From: Flaccisagitta enflata | Lineage: Eukaryota | Assembly (NCBI GenBank): GCA_965153355.1 | Contig: OZ231126.1 | Coordinates: forward strand, 35,836,001 to 35,900,000 | Length of the DNA: 64,000 nucleotides | Direction: 5' to 3' | Shown: positions 14,076-27,681 of the stretch, one piece after another | How positions within the stretch are numbered: the first letter of the stretch is position 1 | Layout of the letters: every line of letters begins with the position of its first letter | Translations under genes and position numbers: made by a program | The notes under the pieces: model-generated | Databases searched by the model: none | Told to the model about the DNA's origin: nothing | The model's input: the letters and a program-made list of their open reading frames with translations, nothing else

Positions 14076-15089
14076 ATGCCATCCAAGAAATCAGACGTCG
14101 CCGAGGATGCTTCCAAGGTGAGACATAGTAAATTCCGCTTTAGCGCGTATTGGGCAAAGCGGGAGAAGTCCAGGTTGTGATTGTAGACTTAATATCAGTA
14201 GAACAACGAATATTATATTTCAAGGGCTAAAACGTAATGTAGAGGTACTTGTTTGTACGATTAAAGTTATGACATTAAGAAGAATTGTGTTCTTTTGCGC
14301 AACCAGGTGGAGGACAATGCCAACAACAACGCTTGCCGGTCGCGTTCCCGGTCCGCCAACAAAAAGCCAAAGGCCAAAGGTAGGACTAATAAAATGTCCT
14401 AACAGTATCTTGATACTACTTTACAAGAAATGCTTGACATCTACACATTAATTGATCGATCTTTTGTTTATTTCATTCTGCAGGGCGTTCAAAGTCCCGT
14501 GCCGGATCCAGAAAACGATCGAAATCGACGAAACGCGCGTCGTCGAAATGCGGTAAAAAATCGCCGGATGTTTGACTTTGAACCCCGCAGTTACGGATGT
14601 CATGGGACTGTCTGTTTTAGACAGATTTCTGCTATTCTCACTACAAGAACTAAAAGATAGCAAAAAGGGACTGAGATAGTGGCGGATTTCCTCTACTTTT
14701 GGCTGCGGCAAAGCGGAGTTTAACTGTTTGTGTTTTCTGACATGTTGATTGGTAAAGAAATGAATACGATAAAAAAGTCATTGCCATAGTAAACACAAGG
14801 TGCGCCATAGAAAGCATCGGTGAATGTCCTTGGAATTGTAAAACATGTCCGTATTGTTTCAGGAAAGGGACGTGCCTCTCGCTCACGCAGTCGCTCCAAG
14901 AGCCGAAAGGGCCGCGGAGGAAGTCGATCCAAGAGCCGAATGGGCCGTTCGAAGAGCCGCGGAGGAAGTCGATCCAAGAGCCGCGGAAAAGGCCGCTCTA
15001 CGGCCAGAGTCAAGGCCCACGCCGTCCGTGCTCATCAAGTGAAGGCTCACAACGTCAAGAGCCACGTCCGTCATTTGTGCAAGAAGTGA
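14076..15089 (+). CDS. Small basic protamine-like / sperm nuclear basic protein candidate, 136 aa; join(14076..14117,14307..14379,14484..14552,14863..15089)
   Basis: Three GT-AG introns with compatible phases (0,1,1); 411 nt in total. Protein: MPSKKSDVAEDASKVEDNANNNACRSRSRSANKKPKAKGRSKSRAGSRKRSKSTKRASSKCGKGRASRSRSRSKSRKGRGGSRSKSRMGRSKSRGGSRSKSRGKGRSTARVKAHAVRAHQVKAHNVKSHVRHLCKK. By hand count 24 Arg + 24 Lys. Exons are GC-rich against AT-rich introns. Confidence 0.82.
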
Positions 15090-15633
15090 ATCCAATGGTT
15101 TCTCAACAATGATCTAATCGAAATGATCAAAGACAGTCAACAGACACGGAAATCATCAACTGTCAGCTGAAATGATAATTGAATGACGATGATTCATACT
15201 CTTTTAGGTTTCAAACAGATACCAGCTCAGATAAACTGTCGACGGATCAGAGATGTAAACATAATCAAGCATGGCTATAGAACAAGGTCCTCTAGGGCCT
15301 GCAAAAAATTGCGACTCACGGACGCGCAGGGACATGCGGGGGGACACCTCCTACCATTAGGGAGGGCCCTGGCCTGATGCGGGCCTGGTTTAAAGTTAGG
15401 CCAAGAAAAAAAAGGCCCATTTTCTTTTTCTCTCAACTTCGGGGCCCTTTTTTAGCAAGTACAGTTGAGCATCACAAGAGCGCATTTCAAGGGACTGGGC
15501 AAAATTATGCCTTTTAGTGAAGCTGCCTTATTACCAATAAAGGAATAAAAACAAAATCCCAATGGGGGGGGGGGGAGAATTTCTCTTGCCGTCCCAGCAA
15601 ACAAGTATCCCTCATTTCGTTTCATTCGGAAAG

Positions 15634-17567
15634 CACTGTGCTTTTAAAAAAAATTCTCTGTGGAAAGTCATATAACTGTGGGTTTTTCTGCATTTTTGAG
15701 CAGTATTGGGGTGTATGAGCATGTAACTAGCAAAAACAAAATCATTCCCCGAGCGCTTTTTGAATAATCTTCAAAATAGAAAATAATTAAACCTATCTTT
15801 TATGCAGATTCTAATGAGTTGTATTGACTCATTTTTTGATTCCATATTATTATTCTATACAAAATTTCCTTTCATTTGATAGGTCACACTACATGGTTTT
15901 ATAGATAAATTAGGTTTTCATATTTTGAACCACCATTATTTTTTTGTAATGGTGACTTGAAAAATAAAAATTTTAATTCTTTGCAAAAATATAGAGTGCG
16001 ACCTATCGAATGAAAGGGAATTTTGTATAGATTAACAATATGTATTCAGAAATTTAGTCAACATATCCCAGAAGAATCTGAATTGAAATTAGGTCTATCT
16101 TTTTCTGATTTTGAAGATTACTCAAAAAACGCTCAGGGAATGATTTTGTTTATGCTAGTTACATGCTGTCACACCCCAATACTGCTCAAAAATGCAGAAA
16201 AACCCACAGTTATATGACTTCTCACTCACACATCTCTGGATACCCCCCCAAAGAGAATCGAAAATACCATTTTTTCTGACTGTGCTATTTGTCTTCAGGA
16301 ACATGTGGGCTACTAAAAAAAACAAAACACAAAAAAATTCTTTTGAAATTTTTTCATTTATTTCACGTTTTAGGTAAAAAAAAGGCATTTTTAGCACTTT
16401 TTAGGCAATAAATTGTTCATGCAGCTTAGAAAATCCAAAAAAATACTGGAAATGTATGGCAATAGATAGAATATACATGTTTTTACCCTTCATAAACAGT
16501 TTTTTTAAGTATCATACAGATTAGAGCTTAAAAATGGTTTAAAAATGACAAAATATGGCTTTTTTCAGAGTAAATTTGTTTTTACAGCATTTTAACTCTC
16601 GAATAATCTTAGAAAAGTGTAGTAGTAGTTTGAGCTTAACTACTTTTACCATGAACAATCAGTAAATTTTGATTTTTTTAGGTTTAGAGTTAAAAAATAG
16701 CTAAAAAATAGCAAAATATTGTTTTTTTAAGTATCTTATAGCAAATAATTATTCATGCACTTTTATAAATCTAAAAAAATACTGGAAATGTGTGGCAATA
16801 GATAGAATATACAAGTTGAAATGCCGTATTAAAAAATTTGAGATTTAAAAATGCTGAAAAAAGTCATATTTCGGCATTTTTACGCCATTTTTAAACTTTA
16901 ATCTTTAAGATATCTAAAAAAATTTTTTGTGAAAGATAAAAAAATGTATATTCTATCTATTGCCATACATTTCCAGTATTTTTTTGGTTTTATAAAAGTG
17001 CATGAATAATTATTTGCTCTAAGATGCTTTAAAAAACAATATTTTGCTATTTTTTTGTTATTTTTTAACTCTAAACCTAAAAAAATCAAAATTTACTGAT
17101 TGTTCAGGGTAAAAGTAGTTAAGCTCAGACTACTACTAAACTTTTCTAGGATTTTTCGAGAGTTAAAATCCTGTAAAAACAAATTTAGACTAAAAAATAC
17201 TAAAAAAAACATATTTTGTCATTTTTAAGCTATTTTTAAGCTCTAATCTGTATGATATTTTCAAAAACTGTTTATCAAGGGTAAAAATGTGTATATTCTA
17301 TCTATTGCCATACATTTCCAGTATTTTTTTGGATTTTCTAAGCTGCATGAACAATTTTATGCCTAGAAAGTGCTAAAAATGCCCTTTTTTTACCTAAAAA
17401 GTAAAATAAATGAAAAAATTTCAGAAGAATTTTTTTGTTTTTTGTTTTTTTTAGTAGCCCACATATTTCTGAAGACAAATCGCACAGTCAGAAAAAATGG
17501 TATTTTCGATTCTCTTTGGGGGGTATCCAGAGATGTGTGCACTCAGAATTGTTTTAAAAGCACAGTG
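15634..17567. mobile_element. CAC-ended (Chapaev/CMC-like) non-autonomous element made of two large palindromes
   Basis: TIR cactgtgcttttaaaa / ttttaaaagcacagtg; 4-bp TSD aaag at 15630-15633 and 17568-17571. Confidence 0.85.
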
Positions 17568-19528
17568 AAAGATATTCCTTCGACCGCAAGTTTTCCTACA
17601 ATTTCAATGGCAGAATTTCCTTGGTCTCCCAGCACGCTTTTCATGGCCATATCATAAAGTTGTGGCGTATGGCTTCAAGGTAAGTAAGAGTGTGAAAAAG
17701 AGACACACAGAAAAGAATTAATGGTGCAATTGAGACTTTTCCGAAATGAGATTTGAGTGGGTGGAATTGTAGATAGCAAAATAGTGGAGCAGCGAAACGG
17801 CGCAAAAGAGATGAAAACGTATTTTATGACTCTCTGGTGGAATCACGCGCGGAAGGAAGAATCGTAGACCATATCAACTGCAGTTTGTGAAAAACGAGCG
17901 AAAATGAAGAAAAGGGAATGTAACGTGTATCCAGAGGAATAAGATAGCACTAAATAACAGTCATTCCGCAACACATTTGCCTATGTAGTATTTTTGTTGA
18001 AGTCGAAGTCAATGGCCCTGCCCACAGCCCTTTTTAATGCCTTACTACATGGGAATAAAGAAGCCGCGTATCTAGTCATGTTTTTAGTCGCGCACTACAT
18101 GCGACTACACCCCGCTATGTAGGTTAGTCGGTTGGTTGTACGATGTCCGTTAGTCCCGATTTATATTTTGTGGCGATTGTGAGCTTTTCGGCCCTTTCTA
18201 ACCGCGACTCGAGGATTGGCAACTTTTTGGTCAGTTGGTTAGTCGGTTGATAGGTCTGTTGGTTGATCGATCCGTCCGTCCATCGGTTTGTTGGGCCGTC
18301 AATCTGTCAGTCTGTCACAATTTTTGACGTTTTTCGTCTCCCCGCTCCTGCCAGGGTACTTGACTGGCTCCCTACAATTCTGCCCCAGCCCACCCATCCA
18401 CGACTAAGATAATTGAGTATCCGGCCTTCTCCATCATTGTCCCTGGGACTTCCTGCCCACTTGCATACAACTAGGGTAACCTTGTATGTGACATTTAGTT
18501 AGTAGCGTGCTACGCGACTCTATAAGCCACTTTTTGGTTGGTTGGTTGGTTGGTTCATTCATCACAATTGTCGATTTTTTTGTTTTTGGAGTCGCCGCCT
18601 GCAAAAGTGCCTGAATAGCCTCCTACACTATGTGCTAATGCTCCTGCCCACCTCGCGCGCGACTAAGATTGCCGCGTAGCCGGCCTTTTTTTCCAACATG
18701 GCTGGAAAGACGCGGCTCTTACTCAGAATGACCTCGACCTCGAGGCTGACAAGAAAAGAAGGAAGATTGGATTTGATATTCTGGGGAAAATGGGTCACGT
18801 GCTCATCGCAGAATCACGGGCGACACATTCGCTCAGCAACTGGAAAATAGTTATAATCAGTAGATAGTGAAAAAGATGAAGGGAAGGTGAAGTGTTTCAG
18901 CAATTTCAGCCGTTGTCTTGTTATGCAGAAAGGGGAAGGGGACGCGAATGGTGAAGGAATTTAACTGTTTTAAGTATTGTCTAGATATATAGAATAGATG
19001 AGAGAGGGGGGAAAGGGATGGTAGAGGGGGTCAAGGCTTCCCCATTTAACTTCCAGAAGGCCACAACCTTGGAGGAATGGAGGATGTTTTACCAGGTGTA
19101 ATGGACATGATCACTGATTCACTGCAAACAAAAGCTTTGTTTGATAAAAGGATGAAAATCATCAGAGTAATGGAAGCAACCGTATGACACACATTTGTGT
19201 TACACCACGCATCATTCGCAACAAGTCATCATATCTCCCCAATGCACTTTGTTTTTGAAATTTCTGCAAGCGGTTTTGCATCACTGCTTCTGCCTAATGA
19301 CCCCTACACCTCTGCTCCTGGTCACCTGCACGTGAGTTGAGCCCTCGATCTTTTCGGTCTCACTGTCATGAAATGTCATAATTGCATATCGGCATTGAGT
19401 ATATGCAGGAAAAGTTGCATTCAGGAAAAGTCGATCGCGATGCTTGGCGGCTGGCTGTGGGGTGTCTGTGAAACCGGCGGGAAGCGATAATGAAGTCTCG
19501 TTGAGACACGCTTGTCAAATTGAAAATA

Positions 19529-19704
19529 CAGTTGAACCCCGCTCCAATGGACCCGCTTTCAACGGAATTCCGCCTTTAACAGATTCAATTTTTTGTTCCC
19601 TTGAACCTAATTCTTTTATTTCCTATATTGGCTGTAACAGAATTCCGCCTTTAACAAATAAAATTCCTTGGTCCCCTGAAATCCGTTGGAGCGGGATTTA
19701 ACTG
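19529..19704. mobile_element. pogo/Tigger-like MITE, 176 bp
   Basis: 19-bp TIR CAGTTRAAYCCCGCTCCAA, TA TSD; relics at about 13025-13115 and 13610-13830. Confidence 0.8.
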
Positions 19705-21256
19705 TACGACCATGACGAAGTCCCGCTGCCAGGCAGTTAATATCCAAGCTAGAGACCGAGCAAGAGCAATGTGATTTTGAAGCAAAGTCGAAAACGCCTT
19801 TTGTTCAAAACTCAACTACCTGTAAGAAGCGCCCCTTGTGACCGCTAAACTTCACGGATTGACGTCATTCTTTTTTTTACGAGTAGCAGACGTCCCACGC
19901 TTTCTGACTTTTTAGGTTTCGGAAATTATTTTTATTTTTTTTTAATGTTTACGGTCCTGTTTTATTGAACTCTCTGTGACGCTTTCGTCTCCTTTCCGCA
20001 ACTTGGAAAAAAAAAACGCAAGTCCAATCGATCCTGATCGAAAGCAGCCTGACCGAAAATCCCCGTCTTTCAGAGCGCGTCGGATTTACGTTTATCACTG
20101 TTAGACTGACGGACGAAGCGAGGTGAAGTCGCGTAGCTCATGACTAATATGAGCATTATTATTTGTGAAACTCACATTTATAAAAAGCTTTATCCGTCCG
20201 CTTTATCCGTCGGTTGGTCAGTTGGTAGGTCAGGTAACGCATTTGTTTGATGATTCACATGATGAATTGTTGCACATGTCACATGTCGCACGCATGTACG
20301 CATTGGCCTACTTTTTCAGAAATGTTATAAACAAGGCTGGATACACGGCTACCCCAGTCGCGTGCGGGTGGGCAGGAGCCATATTGGAGGTAATAAAAAC
20401 TATGCCATACTGGACAACGTAACCTCTTTAATGATACGATAATTTCCATCTCCGTCCGCGATTCTATTGGTTACCTAAGGTTTATTCTATTTGAACAGGT
20501 CTTCATATAAGCTATGCCTTCTTCACTTTCTTTTCCAGGGTGAATATTTTCCATTCAATTTGTATTTTTTACGAAATCGGCGGGCGGCTGCACCTCTCGA
20601 TAAAGGCCCGAAAACGCTGATCCGCTTTTCAAATTCTATCTCGAGAAGATGTGACGCGACATGGCGGAGCTCCAGTCAACTGACCATTGTAGGTAGTGTC
20701 AGATAAGTCGGTGTTTGTTCCACACTATGATGTTAGAAAAATTTGGCATGTTATAATTATTTGATCATTGATCCAGATTCTGCTCGATATCATTTGGGTG
20801 CTTCACATAACAAAAGTTGGGAGTATCCTCTCACTGGAGTTGCTTGATAAATTGATATTAGTATAAAAATTTTTAAGAATAAGTAATATTTAAAGGATTA
20901 CAAAAAAAGAAAAAAAAGAAAAAAAATATATAAGAATATATGTCAATAACGCTTTCAAGGCCACTGCTTAAAAATGAAATAAAAAATGATTAAAAAAAAA
21001 AACATTTGCATATAAAAAAAAATTTACAATATATGTTTATTTACTGATTTAATTGTTTGCATAATGAAGTCAAATATACACTAAGACAGTCATGGACAGT
21101 TGAGCAAGAGCATTAAAATAAAAATTGATCTCGATTTTAAAATTTTACAAAACAAAAATGGTATAATAATAATGAAAATTTTAAGATTCATTTTAAATTA
21201 GATAAAAAAAAACCCAAAAGAAATCCCCATCTTGTGCTATGTGAAGCACCCAAACC

Positions 21257-21338
<82 letters not shown>

Positions 21339-21720
21339 AGACTCGCGACTTCGTCCGTTGATCAGCGCCGACATTCGAAATGAAAGTTCGCGAAAGCGGG
21401 AAGCTGGAGATGCCGCCTCAAGGAGCAAGTGGACAAAGACGCCTTATGGTACGGTAATTACACAAATTCTATAGGTCCTTCCGGCTGAATTGCGTGAACC
21501 TAGTTTATAAGAACATCTAGGCTTGAATTTACTCCAAAATAAAGAACATAGGTCATGGTGTACAGGAACAGGAAATTTTGGTTTCATTCTACTAATTGCT
21601 TTTGATATAGATTTACAATAAAAGATATTATTTGGATTTCAGTCAAGTATTTTTGATATTTTTGGTATTTTTGATAATGTATAAGGTGTTTAAACAATGT
21701 TTTTAAACCCAGAATGCTAA

Positions 21721-22311
21721 CACCCCTGACAAAATTAAGCGAACTGAGGTTAAATTTCAATTATGTGAGCATGACAAAGTGAATTGAATGGTACTTTAGG
21801 ACATGTTTACATAATATGGGGTAATTTCCGTCTAAGTTTAGCCAAAGATACCGAATAAACTAGGTTGAAAACCTATCAAAATCTTTACAACACCATTTTC
21901 TGATAAATGACACTCCCACTGAGTCCATTACAACTAGCTTCCTTATTGTAGAGTTTTTACAGTTACAAGGGCCGCCCCTGTCCCTGTTCAAGGCCTCGAG
22001 CTCTCAAAATCATCATAGGAATAAAGTTCCAAGCAGTTAAAGACAGATAACTTGGGTGAAGACCTTGAAAAACGGCTGAAATTATATGTCACCCTAATGT
22101 GAAAATATATCTGGGAAAATTGGTAACAATTATATTTGCCTTTTCTAACTTGTCACCTTCTCACCCCTCTACCAATGAATAATCCCTCTCTATTGCTCTA
22201 CTATGTCAAAATATGACATTTTAGCTATCTCTGTCAAAATTTGTAGAGCTAGCGCCAATATTTCACACTTTATGGCATATGTTCCCAGTTCGCCTAATTT
22301 TGTCAGGGGTG
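21721..22311. mobile_element. piggyBac-like MITE, 591 bp
   Basis: 26-bp TIR cacccctgacaaaatta(a/g)gcgaactg; flanks ctaa / ttaa. Confidence 0.75.
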
Positions 22312-22768
22312 TTAACTATGGTTTCATAACTATCAGAAATAAAAATTGAATGTTTGAATTCCTTAGAAAAATGGTGAATATAATTTCAAAATGTTGTTGG
22401 GTGAAATTATATCACAGCCTCAGTAAAGAAAATTTTGCATTTCTAAGAACATGGCCCTTTTCTCATATGAGGCCATGTTTTTGGAAATGCAAATTTCTTT
22501 ATTTCTATGCAATGATATAATTTCACTTAACTGGAGTGAGAGGATAAAGTATAATTTTCTATAAAAACTCTTCTTTTTCCTCCCTTTTTTCAATTCATTA
22601 TAGATGTACTTTAAATCTATATTTCAGAGATTATCTATGCAAAATATTATTGTTAGAATATTTTTTCAAAAAAAAAAATTATAAAAAAATTATATGAAAA
22701 ATATAAAAAAAATTATAATGACGCATGAAATTTCTTCTTCCCGTACACTGCGTCATAGGGGAAATTTC

Positions 22769-23090
22769 AAGGGGTGTATATAATTGCACGACCTTTGATT
22801 TCTTACCCCCCCCCCCTGGTCCTTTGATTTTCTTCCCCGCGGAGTCGAAGTACAGTTGATTTTCTTTCCCATATACTCCCTATATAGTAATATTTTGGTT
22901 TAAATAGTATAAAATTGTGTTGTAGTAACTAAATATTACATTTTAGTACTGTCAAAAGTGTAAAATCATCTATATTTTTCATCTTTTCATATTTCCACCC
23001 TTTGATTTCCTTCCCCATTTCCAAATCCTTTGATTTTATTCCCCCCCCTGCCGGGGGGGGGGGGGGATTATGCAAGAATATACAGGCCTG
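22769..23090 (+). mobile_element. hAT-like MITE, 322 bp
   Basis: 8-bp TSD gaaatttc at 22761-22768 and 23091-23098; imperfect TIR; repeated cctttgattt motif; relatives at about 24600-25030, 27690-27800 and 62300-62550. Confidence 0.72.
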
Positions 23091-23221
23091 GAAATTTCTC
23101 CTCCTCCTCCTTCGTTCGTCCCCTCCCTCCCCAAATCAAATCCCAGCCTCCAGGCCCAAATCTCAGCCGAAGAAATAAAGAAACGTAGAAAGAAAGAAAC
23201 GTAGAAAGAAAGAAAGAAGGA

Positions 23222-23265
<44 letters not shown>

Positions 23266-24085
23266 GAGAAAAAGAGACTGAGAAGGAAAGAAAGAACGAA
23301 AGAAAGAAAGAGAGTTGCACTGATTTATTTGAGTCACATTATAGGTACATTTTTGAATGTTTTGTTGTGTCATGTACACTTTTTTTCTTATTAAAACCTA
23401 GTCACATGCAAAAGCCCACTTCGTAGTGTGCCTCAATCAACTTTTCTGATTCATAACATTACACGTTCTTATTTCAATTGCAGCCGAGTTTCCTGGAATT
23501 GGTCCTCCAAAGCGCGTTCTCCAGCCATGTGGGACTGTAGGACACCTGGCTTCTGCAAAGACGACGATTTGATGAACGCTCAAAGGAACCGAAGTCAAAG
23601 GTGCAGTAACAACGAGGTATGTGTGTGTGTGTGTGGGTGTGTGTGTGTCTGTGTGTGTGTCTGTGTGTGTGTTTGACTTCCAAGAAAAACTCATTTTATT
23701 AAAAAGTACTCATCCCTGCTCTTAATAGGGCCAATTTTAAATAAAAGGGCAATTTTGACCCGATCTGGATCTTTGACCTTAGTTTGACAATCTTCCTGAA
23801 GGAATATCATCAAAAGAAGTGCACTTCCTTTTTTCAGTTTTTTGCAAGGATTATGAATCTGCAATTTAATCTATAAAATTTTCATTTTGAGTTTTTGACC
23901 TAATATTACCTTTGGCCTAATACTTCCGCCATAAAAAGATTTCAAAAAAAATTTTTGCTGTTGAATTCTTACTCTGTGGTGTATTATCTTCAAAAAAACC
24001 CGCAGGGATTAGTACTTTTCAACAAAATGAGTTATTATCTTCAAAAAAACTCGCAGGGATTAGTACTTTTCAACCAAATGAGTTA

Positions 24086-24168
<83 letters not shown>

Positions 24169-25245
24169 TGAGTGAGTGAGAGAGAGACGCGTCTTTTCGT
24201 TTATTGGTTAATGAGTCACATTTTTAGTCACAGACGCGCGACTCTTCAAGCCACTTTTGCGCTTTCCGTCCGTCCATCCGTCACAGCTGTTTAAGGTTTT
24301 CCGCTCCTGCCCACACATCCTGACTAATGGTGTGTATATGGCCTTGTTATCATGTGATCTCCAGTTTTCTTTATAATTTTTTTCTCCAGTTTTCTTTATA
24401 ATTTTATCTCCATTTACAGGGTCACCCACTGCTGTTTGATGCCATCCTATTCAGTGGCGTTTTCCGCATCATCCCTCTCAATCGTTCAAGTTCAAAAAAG
24501 TCAGAACCCTCAGGAGAAAGATCCATGAAGAGAATCAAATATTTAACAAAGACTACTTGGATATTAATCTTTAACTAAGACAACTTGGATTCTTGGATAT
24601 CCGATTTTTGTATATTTCCCCCCCCCCCCTTTTGATTTTCTTCCCCGCGACGCATTACAAGATCTATGATTTTCTTCCCCATATTGTTTTTGAGATTTAG
24701 TGTTAAATTGTGTTTTACTGATTTGCCTCAGAGGGCAGAATTCAGGCCTGTAAGAGCCTAGGGGATGGATGGACAGACTGACTGATGGACAAACGAAAGT
24801 CCCCCTGTGTGCCACAGGTCTTTGCCCCCTTCTGGGCCGCGGCCTTGCTTCCTCTCCAATTAACAATCATGCAAGGCAGGGCAACGGGTATCGCTGAACA
24901 CATATTGCCCTTGGGCGACCTGTTATGATTTGGTACTGCTAATTAGTTTTATTTTCCCCAAATTTTCTTATTTTTTCCTTTTTTCCCCTTAGATTTCCTT
25001 CCCAATCTCCAAGCTCTTTGATTGATTTCCTTATGCGCCTTGACTTACTTATTACCACGAGGAGATCAGTGTTTTGTTACACATTTAATATCTTTGCATG
25101 TCTTCTAGTTTTTATGTAAATAAATTGTTCCAAAGAATTATGGACTCACGTCAATAATAACAAACAAAAAGAGACAGTTATTACAATTCAAAAGGTATTT
25201 TCAGAAAAAGATGTTTCAAGAGTTCATTGGGGAAAAGGCAAAAAG

Positions 25246-25304
<59 letters not shown>

Positions 25305-25888
25305 CACGCTGTAATGTCGGCCTTGTTTTCATCAAAATACACTTTCTTTTATTAGAACCAAGTGCATGAGAACGTCAGGCTTAAAAACCTCAAAAATTTA
25401 AGAACATACTGAGAACATTGGAAGCCTTCATTTTTTTAAAAATTTAAGAACAAAAATCTTTAACAATAAAAGAATGCTAGGCTTAAAATCTTAGAAAATT
25501 TCAGAACATGCTAAAAATATTAGAAAGCTACATTTTATCGTTGAAAGTAATTAGCTAGGACATAATTTATAAGTTTTTACTGCAAGCCTAATTCTATTTT
25601 CATTCACTAAGAATTTTGAACTTGCAGCTTTGTTGTTTAATTGACATTTTCTTTCATTTTCCTAGAAGACAAACTCAAACCAATTATATTATGTATTTAG
25701 CAAAAGAACAATTTAAGTGTCGGCGATGTGGTCATGAGGAGAAGACAAAAATACAGCAGTATTTATAGCGTCAAGATCTGCAAGGGTGATTTTTCGGACT
25801 GCAAGGGTGATATGTTGGACATAAACTTCATGCTACGTGTATCAATCTCTGTCTCTTTGTCTCTGTCTGCCTGTTTGTTTGTCTGTCC

Positions 25889-26690
25889 TTTAGTCGGGAA
25901 AAAAGTCGAAGTCAGTCTTTGACTTTTTGACATTAGAGAGAAACATAGTTTTAATTTTATTATTAAAAAGTTTTAAAATTTGATCGACTAATAGAGGCTT
26001 CCGATGAAATTGATAGGGGAAGTAAATTTGAAAATTCTCTTTTATTTGACACCAAGCAGAATGCTCTACGACATTTTTTTTCATTATGATTTTTTAAAAA
26101 TTTATTTGCAAAAAAATCAAATTAATTTTTTTTTGATTTATTATGATTTTTAATAGGATCAATAAAGGAGTGTACTTATGTTTGAGTATGCAAATATAAG
26201 GTAATATGTTAAAGAGTATAGCTGCTCATCTGTGCGGGTTTGTGAGCATTTTAGCTCATTTAGCTTAATTTTTTTTATATTAAATGTAATAAATAAATAA
26301 ATGTTTTGATAAATGTTTAAGCAAGCAGATACAAAAAAGCATATCAGTGAGCTTAGTTGCTTATCTGTGATTGTTTTTAAGTATTCTAGCTCATTTTGCT
26401 AATTTTTTTTTCTCTGATTTTTAATGGGATAAATAAATGTTTTGAAGTGAGCATGCAAATACAAGAAAGCATATCAGTAAGCATAGTTGGTTATTTTGTA
26501 GAATTTTTTGAGCATACTGGCTCATATGGCTCAGTCCTATTTTTCCCTGATTTTTAGCGCCATCAATGCATACATTTGCTCTTGATTTTATCTCACAAAT
26601 AAAAAGATTTTCAGTGACTGAAGACAACAGCTTAGTAAAAAGTGACCAATACTTTCGACTTTTTTCCTTACGGCGACAGCCGCCACTACT
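25889..26690 (+). mobile_element. Helentron-like element, family B (short copy)
   Basis: 5' gggaaaaaagtcgaag followed by a local IR; 3' ttcgacttttttcc then hairpin cggcgacagccg. Confidence 0.65.
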
Positions 26691-26756
26691 GGTAAGAGGT
26701 GCGCAAAATCACATTTTCAAGGAAAAAAAAAAAACGCTGAGGATGAATAAATTCCG

Positions 26757-26905
26757 GTTTTTAGTTGCAGACTCGCAACTTTATAAGAGGCCTTGTCCGT
26801 CGGTTGGTCGGTCGGTCGGTCACGCTCGAGTTGAAAAGTGGGAAAAGGAGCATTTCCGCCCCTGCCCACCCATCCGCAACTGGTGGCCGTGTGTCCGGCC
26901 TTGTT
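26757..26905 (+). mobile_element. Family A element
   Basis: tttttagttgcagactcgcaact..ggccgtgtgtccggccttgtt. Confidence 0.75.
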
Positions 26906-27065
26906 GGTCAATAAACAGGGAATGAATGACGCTGATTAGGACAAATTGTGGCAAACCAAAATTTTACTCGTTATTACCTCACCTTCTCCCAGTTTTGATT
27001 TTTCGGAAAATACGCAAGGTCGATAATTTCGAGAGAGCCAAACATGTTTTCATCAGGAGTGTATA

Positions 27066-27681
27066 TAGTAAAAAATCTCAGGATTATGTCAAAATTGGGT
27101 TATTTTACCGTCCATCCTGTGCTAGACCAATTTTGACCCAAGGAATCCAAATCTGCAGTCCAAAATGGTCTCAGGTCAATATTTCGATAGGCTACGGCTA
27201 CATTTCTCAGGTCAAAATACTATATAAGGTCAAATTTTCAAAATTGGAAATTTGTCAATCTGATTGCAGATTCAAAATCCTTGGAAAAAACTATTAAAAG
27301 AAAGTATCTTTCTTTTTTTGAAATTTTGATTGGAACATAGTCAAAATTAGCGTTAAACATCCAAAATAGCGTAAAATTGCCCTTTTGTCTAAATTTGGCC
27401 TAATTTTGACAAATAATGTTAATTTTGGCTATGTTCTTATCAAAATTTTGAAAAAAGAAAGACACTTTCTTCACACAGTTTTTTGCAAGGATTTTGAATC
27501 TGCAATCAGATTGACAAATTTCCAATTTTGAAAATTTGACCTTATATTGTATTTTGACCTGAGAAATGTAGCTGTAGACCATTTTTGACTGCAGATTTGG
27601 ATTCCTGGGGTCAAAATTGGTCTTGAATGGGATGGACGGTAAAATCCCACAATTTTGACATAATCCTGAGATTTTTTAGTG
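27066..27681. mobile_element. TA-flanked, almost fully palindromic MITE
   Basis: taaaaaatctcaggattatgtcaaaatt.. versus ..aattttgacataatcctgagattttttagtg; arms of about 280 bp. Confidence 0.78.

Noticed and set aside
15634-17567. RAG/Transib transposon, suggested by the RSS-like cacagtg at the right end
   Set aside because: Ends read CACTGTG inward, the TSD is 4 bp rather than 5, and there is no nonamer at 12/23 spacing and no RAG-like ORF
23982-24088. 51-bp tandem duplication
   Set aside because: Ordinary local slippage inside a TE relic next to (TG)n
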